Notes under the pieces: generated by a model
The model's database searches: none
What the model saw: the letters and a program-made list of their open reading frames with translations, nothing else
Told to the model about the DNA's origin: nothing
Source: a virus
Direction: 5' to 3' (one strand)
Length of the DNA stretch: 64,000 bases
UHGV virus genome: UHGV-0167633
Part shown: piece by piece, positions 52,139 to 62,069 of the stretch
Layout: every line of letters begins with the position of its first letter
How positions within the stretch are numbered: the first letter of the stretch is position 1
Program-made: the position numbers and the translations under genes

Positions 52139-52864
52139 ATGAAAGGCGAAGTGAAAGAGCGCGGCATGATTTTCAACGATGAGATGGTCCGGGCCATCCT
52201 CGAAGGAAGGAAAACGCAGACGCGGCGGATAATGAAAAATCAGCCTGCGGAAGTTGGTCCAGAAGCACCGGTGATGGTTAGAAAAATTGGTGCAGGTTTT
52301 CAGTGGTACGGGGCTGATGGTGTAAGCAGTGTTTTCAATTGCCCCTTTGGTATCGTCGGCGATCGAATTTGGGTTCGTGAAACATGGGCGATATTAGGCA
52401 ATGAAGATGGTTGCAGTGTGGACTGGAACGACAACCTTTGTCGTGGTGATGAGAAGAACGCAGCAAGGATTTATCGGGCCAGTTGTGAGCAAAAGCCTGG
52501 TGATTACGGTTTATGGTCGATACCCGATGATGCCGACTGGAAACCTCACACTGTGAATGAAAAGTTTGATGGTGGGTGGCGTCCATCAATTCACATGCCG
52601 CGATGGGCATCACGCATCCTGGTGGAAATTACCAACGTGCGCGTTGAGCGGTTGAACGATATCAGCGAATGCGATGCAAGGGATGAGGGCGTTCCGCCTG
52701 CTGGAAGTTTGCTTCCTGATCACCCGGGAACATTCCTTACTCCCAAGGGGGATTTCGCAATGGCCAAGGTTGCGTTCCAGCGCCTGTGGGAATCCATCTA
52801 CGGCGAAGAAAGCTGGAGTGCTAATCCCTGGGTTTGGGTAATCGAGTTTGAGCGTATTCAGTAG
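52139..52864 (+). CDS. conserved phage protein (ASCH-like?)
   Basis: Start chosen at ATG 52139 (RBS AGGGGGA); RKTQTRR...WVRETW...NPWVWVIEFERI pattern. Confidence 0.4.
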   Translation: MKGEVKERGMIFNDEMVRAILEGRKTQTRRIMKNQPAEVGPEAPVMVRKIGAGFQWYGADGVSSVFNCPFGIVGDRIWVRETWAILGNEDGCSVDWNDNLCRGDEKNAARIYRASCEQKPGDYGLWSIPDDADWKPHTVNEKFDGGWRPSIHMPRWASRILVEITNVRVERLNDISECDARDEGVPPAGSLLPDHPGTFLTPKGDFAMAKVAFQRLWESIYGEESWSANPWVWVIEFERIQ

Positions 52865-52873
52865 GGCGAGCGT

Positions 52874-53095
52874 ATGCAATCAGTTATTTGTGAGGAAGTC
52901 GGCCTGAATAAAGCATCCCCAGCAGAGTTAAGAGCAAGTCTCGAAATGGCGCATAGCCTTGCTCAAATTGGTGTCAGGTTTGTACCAATTCCAGTTGAAA
53001 CAGATGAAGAATTTCACAGGTTAGCGGCATCGGCAGCACAAAAGCTGGAAATCATGGCAGCGAAAGTAGAGAAAGCTGAAGGAGCGACAAAATGA
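52874..53095 (+). CDS. hypothetical protein
   Basis: 73-aa ORF. Confidence 0.3.
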   Translation: MQSVICEEVGLNKASPAELRASLEMAHSLAQIGVRFVPIPVETDEEFHRLAASAAQKLEIMAAKVEKAEGATK

Positions 53096-53307
53096 GCAAG
53101 CCAACCGACGAAGAAATAGTTCGGGTGTTGGAAGAACACGGGCGCTGTATGACTTACGTCGTGACCAACTGGCTTAGGGATAAATATCGCACACTCAAAA
53201 CGGCATACGTTTTGCGTCGTCTAAAGAAACTGGAGTTCGACGGGAAAGTAAAGCGCGTTAACAGTTCTTATATAAGACAAATTTGCTGGGAGGCATCCAG
53301 TGAATAA
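53092..53307 (+). CDS. hypothetical small protein
   Basis: 71-aa ORF; 4-nt overlaps both sides. Confidence 0.3.
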   Translation: MSKPTDEEIVRVLEEHGRCMTYVVTNWLRDKYRTLKTAYVLRRLKKLEFDGKVKRVNSSYIRQICWEASSE

Positions 53308-53944
53308 CCGCTTTTACATGATGTGCTTGCGTGAAACTGTGGGTAATAACGCCTCATTCCATTGCCATAACGGCAATGGTTACAGTTCTGATATCGATCG
53401 CGCTCATGTTTACACGCTGGAAGCAGCCCAAAAAGCCTGGAATTGTGGACGAGATATCGATCAGCCTGTTTGCGCTGATAGCGTGGATGCAATGGCTGTG
53501 TGGCACGTTGATTGCCAGTACATCCCTACAGAAAGCCTGATTGAGTCAGATTGCACTGCGTATGTGGCCTACAAAAAAGGTAGCTGGAACGGCAACGATG
53601 TTTACTGGCTTCAACACGGTGGATTGCCAACAGATGACTTCAGTAAAGCGACCATCTTTAGCGTCGCCAACAAAAACGAACCAGGAATAGTTTGGTTGCC
53701 ATTTTCCATTGCTAATGCAGCAAAGCGCCGGACGTTCAATATCAATAACTTTAACCGCAGAACAATGGTTCAGGGCGCAGGTTTGGTCATGCCTGACTGG
53801 TTGAAAAAGCAAAACAGAAGAAAGAAGTCGCGAAGCGGGAAGGTGCGTTGGAATTGTCCGCATTGCGGAAAAATAACCTGGCAGTACAGCCCATATGATT
53901 TTGAAGGCTGTAGTGATTACAACTGTGAAGGATGGCGAGAATGA
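53300..53944 (+). CDS. Cys-rich hypothetical protein
   Basis: 214-aa ORF; C-terminal CPHCG...C..YNCEGW. Confidence 0.4.
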   Translation: MNNRFYMMCLRETVGNNASFHCHNGNGYSSDIDRAHVYTLEAAQKAWNCGRDIDQPVCADSVDAMAVWHVDCQYIPTESLIESDCTAYVAYKKGSWNGNDVYWLQHGGLPTDDFSKATIFSVANKNEPGIVWLPFSIANAAKRRTFNINNFNRRTMVQGAGLVMPDWLKKQNRRKKSRSGKVRWNCPHCGKITWQYSPYDFEGCSDYNCEGWRE

Positions 53945-54594
53945 CAATTGACTATCAGGTACTGCGTGAGGCGGCAGAAAAGGCAACACCAGACGAATGG
54001 GTCGCATTTATTTCGACGGATACTGGTACTTATGCGGTGCACACGCCCGGTGATGAACGATGTGAAGACGTTATCAAATGGACCGGCTTTGATGGACAGA
54101 AAAATGCAGAGAACAACGCTCGTTATGTTGCCGCGTTCAACCCAAAGGTTGCACTGGAGCTGCTTGGTGAAATTAAGCGCCTGGAGGACACAAATATTGA
54201 TGCTATATGTCGAATTGCAGAGCTTGAGACTAATCTCGCGGCGCTGGTGGCGGAGAACGCTGGGCTGAAACACGCAATGGCCGTAACTCTTGAGCATGTG
54301 TCGGTCACGGATGCAGGGCAGGCCGGAGTTGCTGCAATGATTATCAACGATGCCCTGCACCACAGCGAAACTCCAGCTACCGATGCTTTCCTGTCTGAAG
54401 TGCGGGCGCAGGGGGTGGATGCTGCTATAGAAGCTGCAAAAAATCTGGTGGCCCAAGAATATGAGTATAAGGATTTCAAAGCGGCGCAGAGTGATTGCTG
54501 TATGCACCCTGGTTCAGACCTGGTAGGGAAGGTTGAAATGACTGAGTGGTTAGTTGACTTTGCTGCCCAGCTTCGCAAAGGAGGCAACCAGTGA
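53932..54594 (+). CDS. Ead/Ea22-like protein
   Basis: 220-aa ORF; N-terminus IDYQVLREAAEKATPDEWVAF; coiled coil. Confidence 0.5.
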   Translation: MARMTIDYQVLREAAEKATPDEWVAFISTDTGTYAVHTPGDERCEDVIKWTGFDGQKNAENNARYVAAFNPKVALELLGEIKRLEDTNIDAICRIAELETNLAALVAENAGLKHAMAVTLEHVSVTDAGQAGVAAMIINDALHHSETPATDAFLSEVRAQGVDAAIEAAKNLVAQEYEYKDFKAAQSDCCMHPGSDLVGKVEMTEWLVDFAAQLRKGGNQ

Positions 54595-55109
54595 GCGAAA
54601 TTAATTACCAGGCACTGCGTGAGGCGGCGGAACGTGCAATTCCAGCAATGGAACGCCTGTTAATGTTGCCAGCTGATGATGATTTGTTAAGTGAACAGGA
54701 ACTTAAAGATTACGGTGTGGATATTGATGCGCTCAACGCCTTCAAATTTCTGGCCGGACCAGAAACCGTGCTGGCACTACTGGATGAACGGGAAAGGAAC
54801 CAGCAATACATCAAACGCCGCGACCAGGAGAACGAGGATATTGCGCTAACGGTAGGGAAGCTGCGCGTTGAGCTTGAAGCAGCAAAATCAAAACTCAACG
54901 AGCAGCGTGAATATTACGAGGGAGTAATCGCGGATGGAAGTAAGCGCATAGCAGAACTGGAGGAGCGGGAAATACTGCTCCCGGAACGTAGCAGCATGCT
55001 TCATCGAACAGATTTTCACGATGATTACCAAACGGTAATGGCATACAAAGTTTCTGAAGTCATCGCTGCAATCCGCACCGCAGGCATTCGCATCAAAGGA
55101 GGTGAGTAA
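54591..55109 (+). CDS. Ead/Ea22-like coiled-coil protein
   Basis: 172-aa ORF; N-terminus EINYQALREAAERA. Confidence 0.45.
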   Translation: MSEINYQALREAAERAIPAMERLLMLPADDDLLSEQELKDYGVDIDALNAFKFLAGPETVLALLDERERNQQYIKRRDQENEDIALTVGKLRVELEAAKSKLNEQREYYEGVIADGSKRIAELEEREILLPERSSMLHRTDFHDDYQTVMAYKVSEVIAAIRTAGIRIKGGE

Positions 55110-55285
55110 TGCGTGTGGCATGTATCGGCTTGTTACCGTACCCGACTCGTTTTTGGGCTTCTGCGCTAATTGCAAAGCCGTATGTCCTGATGGCTGACAA
55201 CATCATCCCGGCACCAAAGCGCCGCCATACCGGTATTGCAGCGGCACGACGAGCAGCAAAGAGACGCAGGAGAGCAAAGCGATGA
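55109..55285 (+). CDS. small basic protein (58 aa)
   Basis: ATG overlaps previous stop; Arg-rich C-terminus; below track length cutoff. Confidence 0.3.
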   Translation: MRVACIGLLPYPTRFWASALIAKPYVLMADNIIPAPKRRHTGIAAARRAAKRRRRAKR

Positions 55286-55458
55286 AAAACCGTAAGGCAA
55301 AACGACTTTTTTTACAGCGACCTGTGCGTGTGGTGGAGCTGGTTATTAGCAACCATAAGATAGCGGTACTCCATCCATTTGGTCAGGTGGCTTTTGCCGC
55401 AAAGCGTAAGCCTACTGCGTCACAGAACAGGCGGAAGAAAGGGTACGCTGTAAGATGA
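55282..55458 (+). CDS. small basic protein, MKNRKAK paralog A (58 aa)
   Basis: ATGA overlap; paralogous to next ORF (MKNRKAK N-terminus, KP.A.QNR C-terminus). Confidence 0.35.
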   Translation: MKNRKAKRLFLQRPVRVVELVISNHKIAVLHPFGQVAFAAKRKPTASQNRRKKGYAVR

Positions 55459-55643
55459 AAAACCGTAAAGCAAAGATTCTGTTAGTTCGTAGAAACGCTC
55501 CTGGCGTCTGGCAGTGGGTGAGACTCAGCAACCGACGGATGGGGTTGATGAAATATTACGGGATGATGGATTGTGGTTTTTGCAAAAAGCCCAGCGCGGC
55601 GCAAAACCGCTGGAAAAACCACTTGCGCACTAAAGGAGAGTGA
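55455..55643 (+). CDS. small basic protein, MKNRKAK paralog B (62 aa)
   Basis: ORF-track ORF; ATGA overlap with paralog A. Confidence 0.35.
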   Translation: MKNRKAKILLVRRNAPGVWQWVRLSNRRMGLMKYYGMMDCGFCKKPSAAQNRWKNHLRTKGE

Positions 55644-55644
55644 T

Positions 55645-56160
55645 ATGGCGTTAACACACCGCGAACTCTGTCAGATTGCGTATAAGTTCCTTAAGCGCAA
55701 CGGGTTCAAGGTTTGTTTTCATGACCGCTTTATAGCTGTAACCAGTACCGGAGAACAGCCAGATGCTATGGGATTCAGAAATTCAGCATCATGCCTGATA
55801 GAGGCGAAGTGTTCTCGTGCTGACTTGTTGGCAGATAGAAAAAAGCGTTTTCGTAAAAATCCATCTCTTGGAATGGGCGACTGGCGATTCTTTATTAGTG
55901 AGCCGGGAATTATTTCAGTTGAGGATTTACCTCCCGGCTGGGGATTACTTCACGTTGTTAACGGAAGAGTACGGAAAGTACATGGATGGCCCAAGGGGAA
56001 TTGCTGTTGGGGTAACCCTGAAGATAAACCTTTTATTGGGAATAAGCAGGTTGAATGCGATTACATGTTATCTGCATTAAGGCGCATGGAGTTGAGAGGG
56101 CACCTTAATGAAATATATGACGGTGTAATTGTTAATAAGAAAGAAGGAAACGCGGCATGA
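55645..56160 (+). CDS. PD-(D/E)xK nuclease-like protein (hypothetical)
   Basis: Start ATG 55645 with RBS AAGGAGAG; D...EAK motif (PDAMGF...CLIEAKCSRADL). Confidence 0.4.
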   Translation: MALTHRELCQIAYKFLKRNGFKVCFHDRFIAVTSTGEQPDAMGFRNSASCLIEAKCSRADLLADRKKRFRKNPSLGMGDWRFFISEPGIISVEDLPPGWGLLHVVNGRVRKVHGWPKGNCCWGNPEDKPFIGNKQVECDYMLSALRRMELRGHLNEIYDGVIVNKKEGNAA

Positions 56161-56873
56161 TCACTATTACCAAAGAGCGACTACTGACAATCAAGCAGTG
56201 GCGCGAAACATACGGACCTGGTAGCAACGTTGTACTGCCAGCAGAAGAAGCGGAAGAACTGGCACGAATTGCGCTGGCATCGCTGGAAGCAGATCCAGTT
56301 GCTTATATTTTCAAACATCCGGCCGGGAAATTATTCTGGGCTTTAACGGATGAAAGCAATAAAGAGCAAGCGGACGTTATTCCTGTTTATGCTGCCGCGC
56401 CTGCGTCGGTTGTGCCGGATAATGCATCAGAGCCTCTTGCTTATGCTTACAAAGAGCTTACGCCTGAGATTATGCGCAACCATTTAGCTGTATTCGAGCG
56501 ATATGGAATAGCCCCAAACGATAGCTCTACCACAATTCAGGCACTGCGAATCGCGCTGGATGGCATAGAGCGGAGCGACGCCATGCTTCATGGTGCCGAA
56601 CCTGTAAGCCAAACTTACAAGTTGAACCAGCTATCGGGCAACTCTCCGGCAACTCCGGATGGTTGGATAAGCTGTAGTGAGCGAATGCCGAATACCAAAA
56701 CAGCCGTTCTTGTTGCCGTGGAGTTTGACAGGAAAGGTGACTGGCGAATGAAATGGGCTACTTACATCCCCGGGCATCCTGACGCTAATGATGGGTGGAT
56801 AATTCCTGGTGCGTCGTGGAAACCGTCACACTGGATGCCGCTACCAGAACCGCCGCAGGAGGTGAATCAATGA
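56157..56873 (+). CDS. DUF551-like phage protein
   Basis: 238-aa ORF; C-terminal W-rich segment (CSERMP...WIIPGASWKPSHWMPLPEPP). Confidence 0.45.
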   Translation: MITITKERLLTIKQWRETYGPGSNVVLPAEEAEELARIALASLEADPVAYIFKHPAGKLFWALTDESNKEQADVIPVYAAAPASVVPDNASEPLAYAYKELTPEIMRNHLAVFERYGIAPNDSSTTIQALRIALDGIERSDAMLHGAEPVSQTYKLNQLSGNSPATPDGWISCSERMPNTKTAVLVAVEFDRKGDWRMKWATYIPGHPDANDGWIIPGASWKPSHWMPLPEPPQEVNQ

Positions 56874-56937
56874 GCTGGCCTGAAGCATTCACCACGGTAG
56901 GAATTGTGATGGCGGCAGCACTGGGTTTGTATTCAAT

Positions 56938-57189
56938 TTGTCGCTGGTGGTAACGATGGGAAAAATAACTTTTGTAGTCGAATTTGAGGATGGCAAAGAG
57001 CCACCTGTTAGCGCCAATCTTGATGTTGCTGGTGGCAGGCTGGTTTCGGTTCTATTTGGTGATTACCGCGACGACTTCTTTCAGCCTGAAGAAGTTGATG
57101 TAGTGCGAGAAGCATTAAACGAGCTAAGTGTTGATAACGATGATGCTCATGCGGAAATCATCAAAAAAATGGAACTGCTAACTCACTAA
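56938..57189 (+). CDS. hypothetical acidic protein
   Basis: 83-aa ORF. Confidence 0.3.
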   Translation: MSLVVTMGKITFVVEFEDGKEPPVSANLDVAGGRLVSVLFGDYRDDFFQPEEVDVVREALNELSVDNDDAHAEIIKKMELLTH

Positions 57190-57237
57190 ATTATCAATTA
57201 TGGTGCTATCACCTACGACACCGAGAGAAAATTTATA

Positions 57238-57360
57238 ATGTCAAAAGTAAATGTTTTGATTTTTTCAGCAATTGTTGGCTTTGGTTTTACTGCCGGAGTG
57301 CAGATTTATATTGCGTGGGAAAAAATCATCAACTACGCATGGAGTTGTTTTATTAAGTGA
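57238..57360 (+). CDS. small membrane peptide (40 aa)
   Basis: MSKVNVLIFSAIVGFGFTAGVQIYIAWEKIINYAWSCFIK; AT-rich; below track cutoff. Confidence 0.3.
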   Translation: MSKVNVLIFSAIVGFGFTAGVQIYIAWEKIINYAWSCFIK

Positions 57361-57367
57361 GGTAAGT

Positions 57368-57661
57368 ATGTGGAGAGGTAATAGTCATGGCAAAAGCCAG
57401 ATGATACTTACCGAATATAAGCTAGACCACAAAACCAATAAATCACGCTCAGTATATTTGCTCCGGCACAATAGCCGCGTAAGAAATACCGTGCTGGAAC
57501 AAAATCTGACAGTTGAAATGGATAATTACGGTGGATTCAAGCCAACAATTTCGCTTGATGATTTTCCTCGTGGTTTAAGCGAAAGAGAAGCAATGCTGAA
57601 ATTAGCAGAATGGCTACAAAGATTAAGCATTGCTATTGAAGATAACTGGTCTGAACCTTAA
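57368..57661 (+). CDS. hypothetical protein (97 aa)
   Basis: ATG 57368 with RBS GAGGT 6 nt upstream; in frame within track ORF 57272..57661. Confidence 0.35.
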   Translation: MWRGNSHGKSQMILTEYKLDHKTNKSRSVYLLRHNSRVRNTVLEQNLTVEMDNYGGFKPTISLDDFPRGLSEREAMLKLAEWLQRLSIAIEDNWSEP

Positions 57662-57667
57662 ATTTAT

Positions 57668-58042
57668 ATGATGACACTAAAACATTTTCTTGACCGCCCA
57701 TTATGGGCGGCAGCCGCAGGCTATGACTTTAATTATATGGATTGCATGTCTTATACTGCCAATGCATACGACCATTCGTTCAGCCTGCTGTTTAATTCTT
57801 TAAGAATATTGCCGGAAACAGAAGTTGGAGAGCTTCATTTATGGATATTGGGCTTTATCGCGGCTGTCGTTGGTATTGCTGTATGGCCTTTTATTTTCTG
57901 GCTGGTGGCTGTTGTAGTGTGGTTTAAGTGCAAGACATACCGGAGAAAGTATTTCTTAGGTGATGGAATGACCGATATTGCCAAAATGAACATTGAAAAA
58001 TGGACTAAGGAATGTGAAAAGAAATGGCGCAAAAAGAAATGA
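57668..58042 (+). CDS. membrane protein with basic C-terminus
   Basis: 124-aa ORF; TM helix LWILGFIAAVVGIAVWPFIFWLVAVVVWF. Confidence 0.4.
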   Translation: MMTLKHFLDRPLWAAAAGYDFNYMDCMSYTANAYDHSFSLLFNSLRILPETEVGELHLWILGFIAAVVGIAVWPFIFWLVAVVVWFKCKTYRRKYFLGDGMTDIAKMNIEKWTKECEKKWRKKK

Positions 58043-58683
58043 CTACTCTAACGACAGCATACTTACAGCAATTGGTATTTTTTGCAGGCGAGGCTACTTG
58101 TCATCCTGACGCAAACTATTTATTGGAATTTGAGAGGTTAGCGTCACCCGGTATCGTTCTGGAACTGGCCCAACAGGTGCTGGCCTTGAGACAAAAAGAG
58201 CAACATGAAAGTAATACGTGTAGATTGAATTTTGAGCAGTGGCTGGAACAGCAACGCGGAAAAATCGATGTGGACTGTGGTTGTGTGTCCACTGAAACAT
58301 TCATGCACTGGCTGCGGGTAGCTTACGAGGCTGGCAACTATCCGGATATTCCGGATAGTTCGGTGCCAGCGCCCGGAAAGGGCGTCACCGGTGAACGTAT
58401 CCGCATTAAGCCGCATGTTTATCGCGAACTGGTTAACCGTCTCCACGATACAGCGATCAAGTGTGCTGGCACTCAGCAATTACGAGAAAGAATTAGCCGT
58501 GTTTTGGGCGACGTTATTACGCCATATCATCATAAACAAGCCGAGAAAAGCGGTCTGGAAAGGTGTCATCTTGAGGCAGCATTAAACATTAAGCCGGGGC
58601 ATACGCTTGGCATTATTGATGCACTGTTGGTTCATAAGATGGCCAGGGCTTTATTGTCGTTGGTAGGGGGCAATGACAACTAG
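58024..58683 (+). CDS. hypothetical protein
   Basis: 219-aa ORF overlapping previous gene by 19 nt. Confidence 0.4.
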   Translation: MAQKEMTTLTTAYLQQLVFFAGEATCHPDANYLLEFERLASPGIVLELAQQVLALRQKEQHESNTCRLNFEQWLEQQRGKIDVDCGCVSTETFMHWLRVAYEAGNYPDIPDSSVPAPGKGVTGERIRIKPHVYRELVNRLHDTAIKCAGTQQLRERISRVLGDVITPYHHKQAEKSGLERCHLEAALNIKPGHTLGIIDALLVHKMARALLSLVGGNDN

Positions 58684-58767
58684 GAAAAAATCGCATTACT
58701 GGTGGCAAAGCCATAACTACTGATACAATATTTCTAGGTTAAAGATCTGGCATTAGGTAGAGATAGC

Positions 58768-59232
58768 ATGTTTCTTCATATCAATCCCGATTGGGCATCA
58801 GCTATTGCGGCATTTGGGTCAGCAATAGCTGCTTTTATTAGTTTGCGCACAAGTAAAAAGCTTGGATTATTCGATAAGGAAAAATTTTATAGTGAAGCAT
58901 TGATAAACTTTGCTGATAGGGCAAATAAAATAGCAACAGGAAAAGCTGGATCAGACTGGGATGTTAATGACGCAAGTAATATAATTCTTTCACTAAATGC
59001 CGCAAAAGAAACTATTGAAAGTGCGCCAAAACCTATTCGAGAGCAACTAAAACAATATTACAAACATAATCTTTGCCATGAGATCATAACCGAATTAGAG
59101 GCTCACTCTCCCCCAGATTCAGTAATTGTAAGAGAACCATCAGAGTATGAAGGCAAGATCATGGGATTGTGGGATGAGATTAAAATATTTCTGGGTTATA
59201 CAGTGGTATCAGAAGCAGACCTTGAAGATTAA
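58768..59232 (+). CDS. AT-rich membrane-anchored protein (accessory gene upstream of phd)
   Basis: 154-aa ORF; N-terminal TM (WASAIAAFGSAIAAFISL); markedly AT-rich relative to flanks. Confidence 0.45.
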   Translation: MFLHINPDWASAIAAFGSAIAAFISLRTSKKLGLFDKEKFYSEALINFADRANKIATGKAGSDWDVNDASNIILSLNAAKETIESAPKPIREQLKQYYKHNLCHEIITELEAHSPPDSVIVREPSEYEGKIMGLWDEIKIFLGYTVVSEADLED

Positions 59233-59343
59233 AGTTTGGTGTGACCACATCATTTCATCAATGATGCCCGAAGTGGGGAGTTTGACGATTGTCCGGTGAT
59301 TTAAGCTGCAAAGTGCTGGTGCTTTATGCTTGTGAAGTTTATA

Positions 59344-59370
59344 ATTGTGTACACATAACGAGTACACGAG
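59344..59370 (+). promoter_or_regulatory. phd-doc operator/promoter palindromes
   Basis: Perfect palindrome TGTGTACACA plus second GTACAC half-site immediately upstream of phd RBS. Confidence 0.5.
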
Positions 59371-59598
59371 GTGTTTATGCAATCCATTAACTTCCGTACC
59401 GCACGCGGCAACCTTAGCGAAGTGCTCAATAATGTTGAAGCAGGGGAAGAGGTTGAAATCACCCGCAGAGGCCGTGAATCAGCCGTAATTGTCAGCAAGG
59501 CCACTTTCGAAGCCTATAAAAAAGCGGCGCTGGATGCCGAATTTGCATCCCTGTTTGACACTCTGGACTCCACTAACAAGGAACTGGTTAACCGATAA
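59371..59598 (+). CDS. phd: Phd antitoxin
   Basis: 75-aa ORF; sequence [34 protein letters not shown]... recognised as P1 Phd; stop overlaps doc start. Confidence 0.9.
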
Positions 59599-59978
59599 TG
59601 AGGCATATATCACCGGAAGAACTTATTGCGCTTCATGATGCGAATATAAGCCGCTACGGCGGCCTGCCGGGCATGTCAGATCCGGGCAGGGCAGAAGCCA
59701 TTATCGGGAGAGTTCAGGCCAGAGTTGCCTACGAAGAGATCACCGACCTTTTCGAAGTCTCCGCCACCTACCTGGTGGCTACAGCGAGAGGGCATATATT
59801 CAATGATGCCAATAAGCGTACCGCGCTAAACAGTGCGCTGTTATTTCTACGCCGTAACGGGGTGCAGGTATTTGACTCCCCTGAACTGGTAGACCTTACC
59901 GTAGGGGCTGCAACTGGTGAAATCGCCGTATCTTCAGTCGCAGAAAAGCTACGTGAACTATATGGTTCCAAGACTTGA
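59598..59978 (+). CDS. doc: Doc toxin (Fic-fold kinase)
   Basis: 126-aa ORF; [22 protein letters not shown]...[19 protein letters not shown] (Fic-like HxFx(D/N)(A/G)NKR motif). Confidence 0.9.
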
Positions 59979-59997
59979 GTAGTGGAGTTACGAAACA

Positions 59998-60273
59998 ATG
60001 TCGAAAATTAACTTAAGAACCGAATCTGCGGTGTTCAAGAATCCTACGTTTAACGTACCCAAACAAACGCTTGATGAACTTGTGCCGATTGATAGCAGGT
60101 TTGTTATTCCTGCGGAACTGGTCGAGAACTGCAAAGAGAAGCAAAAATCGTTAAAGGAAATATCGCCTTCTGAAATCCTCTCCCGCAGTGATGTAAGTAA
60201 GGAGGAGGTTTTAAGGGCGATATCTGCATCTACTGCTACCACGCTACGTAGATTGTATGGTTCTGCGGAGTAG
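59998..60273 (+). CDS. hypothetical protein downstream of doc
   Basis: 91-aa ORF. Confidence 0.35.
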   Translation: MSKINLRTESAVFKNPTFNVPKQTLDELVPIDSRFVIPAELVENCKEKQKSLKEISPSEILSRSDVSKEEVLRAISASTATTLRRLYGSAE

Positions 60274-60457
60274 ATTAATGGCACGTAAATACAACAAGTT
60301 GTCCCGTGAAGCGTTAAAGATGCTTCTTGATGGCGTGAGTCGCAGCGAGGTAAAGCAATACTTGGTTGGTAAGCAAATTGGAGCCAGGACTGCTATTTCT
60401 GTGTTATGCCGTCAGGAAATGGTTGTGCTTAAACAGAGAATGCCGGGCAGCAGATAA
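60257..60457 (+). CDS. hypothetical small protein
   Basis: 66-aa ORF; HTH-like. Confidence 0.3.
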   Translation: MVLRSRLMARKYNKLSREALKMLLDGVSRSEVKQYLVGKQIGARTAISVLCRQEMVVLKQRMPGSR

Positions 60458-60484
60458 AGCCCAATCAGTGATGAAAGGTGTGAT

Positions 60485-61528
60485 GTGAAAGCCGTAATTA
60501 CTCCCTTTGTACAAAAAGAGCTTGGCGTCGCCACATTCAAAGTGGATCAGGAAGTCAGAAAGCTGGTGGAGGCTGGCCGTAAATTTATTATGGAGCCGGT
60601 GCCGCGTGAGTTAATCGAGCACATGGACGACGGCCTCGTTGTTTCCGAGCAAACTATGGCAACAAATGAGGCGTTGCAGCCGTTTTTTAACAGCGATGAA
60701 CTGTTTCGCCGTATTGGTGGAATTGACGCGCTGGTGGCGTGGTTGCGCAGGAAAGAGGGGAAATGCCAGGCCGCAGATCGTAGCTGGTGTGACAACCATA
60801 TTGTCCACGCAGAACGAGACAATAGCGCGGTGTTGTTGTGCTGGCATCACGATAACCATTACCGGATGCGTAGTTTTAATGAGCTGAAAGAAACGCTGCA
60901 TAATAATCGCGTTAACTGGATACTGGATGTCGCCCGTCAGGAAATGGGGCTTTCAGATGGCCATGATTTAAGTATTCAGGAACTGTGCTGGTGGGCTTTC
61001 ATGCGCGACATGATGCACCTGATGCCGGAAGAAGTCTGCCGTATATCAATAAATAAGATTAAGGCTGCAACGCAGGATAGCGGACCTATGAAAGAGGCGG
61101 ATATTCGCCCGTATGACGATCGCGCTACAGCATATGTTCAGATGATGGAAGAACGCGCCGCGCCGATGCGTGCAAAAGTATGCCCTGTGGATGTTGACTC
61201 CGACCCTGGCATGGCGCATTTCAAAATACCAAAACTGCAATCGCTAAAATTACCTGAGTACATGGACTTTGTTGCTTCCCGTCCATGCTGTGGGTGTGGA
61301 GCTGCGGGAGCTGGCGCTCACATTACGCCTTATATCGTTCGTCATAGTCGATTATGCGCGCATGACATTTACGCAATTCCTCTGTGCCAGTCATGCCAGC
61401 GTGATATTGAGCGTGACCGCGATAATTGGGAGAAGACGCACGGTAGGCTGGCGATGCATCAACGATTGTTCTTTGATTACGCGCTTGGAGTCGGCGCTAT
61501 CACAAGTCACTCGTCGAACGTTAGATAA
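60485..61528 (+). CDS. Cys-rich hypothetical protein
   Basis: 347-aa ORF; C-terminal CCGCG...C..C clusters. Confidence 0.4.
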   Translation: MKAVITPFVQKELGVATFKVDQEVRKLVEAGRKFIMEPVPRELIEHMDDGLVVSEQTMATNEALQPFFNSDELFRRIGGIDALVAWLRRKEGKCQAADRSWCDNHIVHAERDNSAVLLCWHHDNHYRMRSFNELKETLHNNRVNWILDVARQEMGLSDGHDLSIQELCWWAFMRDMMHLMPEEVCRISINKIKAATQDSGPMKEADIRPYDDRATAYVQMMEERAAPMRAKVCPVDVDSDPGMAHFKIPKLQSLKLPEYMDFVASRPCCGCGAAGAGAHITPYIVRHSRLCAHDIYAIPLCQSCQRDIERDRDNWEKTHGRLAMHQRLFFDYALGVGAITSHSSNVR

Positions 61529-61544
61529 AATTGCTCTAATGTAT
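61528..61544 (+). promoter_or_regulatory. C1-operator-like site
   Basis: ATTGCTCTAATGTATTG (13/17) at stop of preceding gene. Confidence 0.35.
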
Positions 61545-61616
61545 TGCTATTTCTTTAATCGATGGTATTATATTCCGCGTTGATTAGTTGACATGGGCTA
61601 ATCAGTAGGTGACAGG

Positions 61617-62069
61617 ATGTTACTTAACTGGCAGGGACGCCACTTCATGGAAATAAATCACTCACGAATAACATCGTACGAGATTGCGGATTACATGATC
61701 CGCACTAAATCTCTTCTATCCGCGAAAGAACTCGCAGCAATTCTTGAAAAGGAATACCCGCATCTGGATGTCGATAAGCGCGATGTTTATCTGCGCTTAA
61801 AGGCTATTGCTGTGTCTAAGTATTCGTCTGTTTTGATTGATGACAGTACACGCCCACGTAGATTTCAGATCCACTCTCTGAATCCTGAATTCTTTCGCCG
61901 TAGCCGCGCTCCGCGCCGGTTTGATGAAAAACTCCAGAACGAACTCTATATGACGCAGGACGAAAAGGAACGCCGGGAGCACCAGCCTTGGGTAATGGCG
62001 CGTCAACTTTTCAATAAGGTGGCCCGTCAGCACCGTCATTACGGTAATGCCACATCCGCACGTATGTGA
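61617..62069 (+). CDS. small regulatory protein at the position of the P1 late-promoter activator
   Basis: 150-aa basic ORF between doc-downstream genes and pacA; positional inference only. Confidence 0.35.
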   Translation: MLLNWQGRHFMEINHSRITSYEIADYMIRTKSLLSAKELAAILEKEYPHLDVDKRDVYLRLKAIAVSKYSSVLIDDSTRPRRFQIHSLNPEFFRRSRAPRRFDEKLQNELYMTQDEKERREHQPWVMARQLFNKVARQHRHYGNATSARM

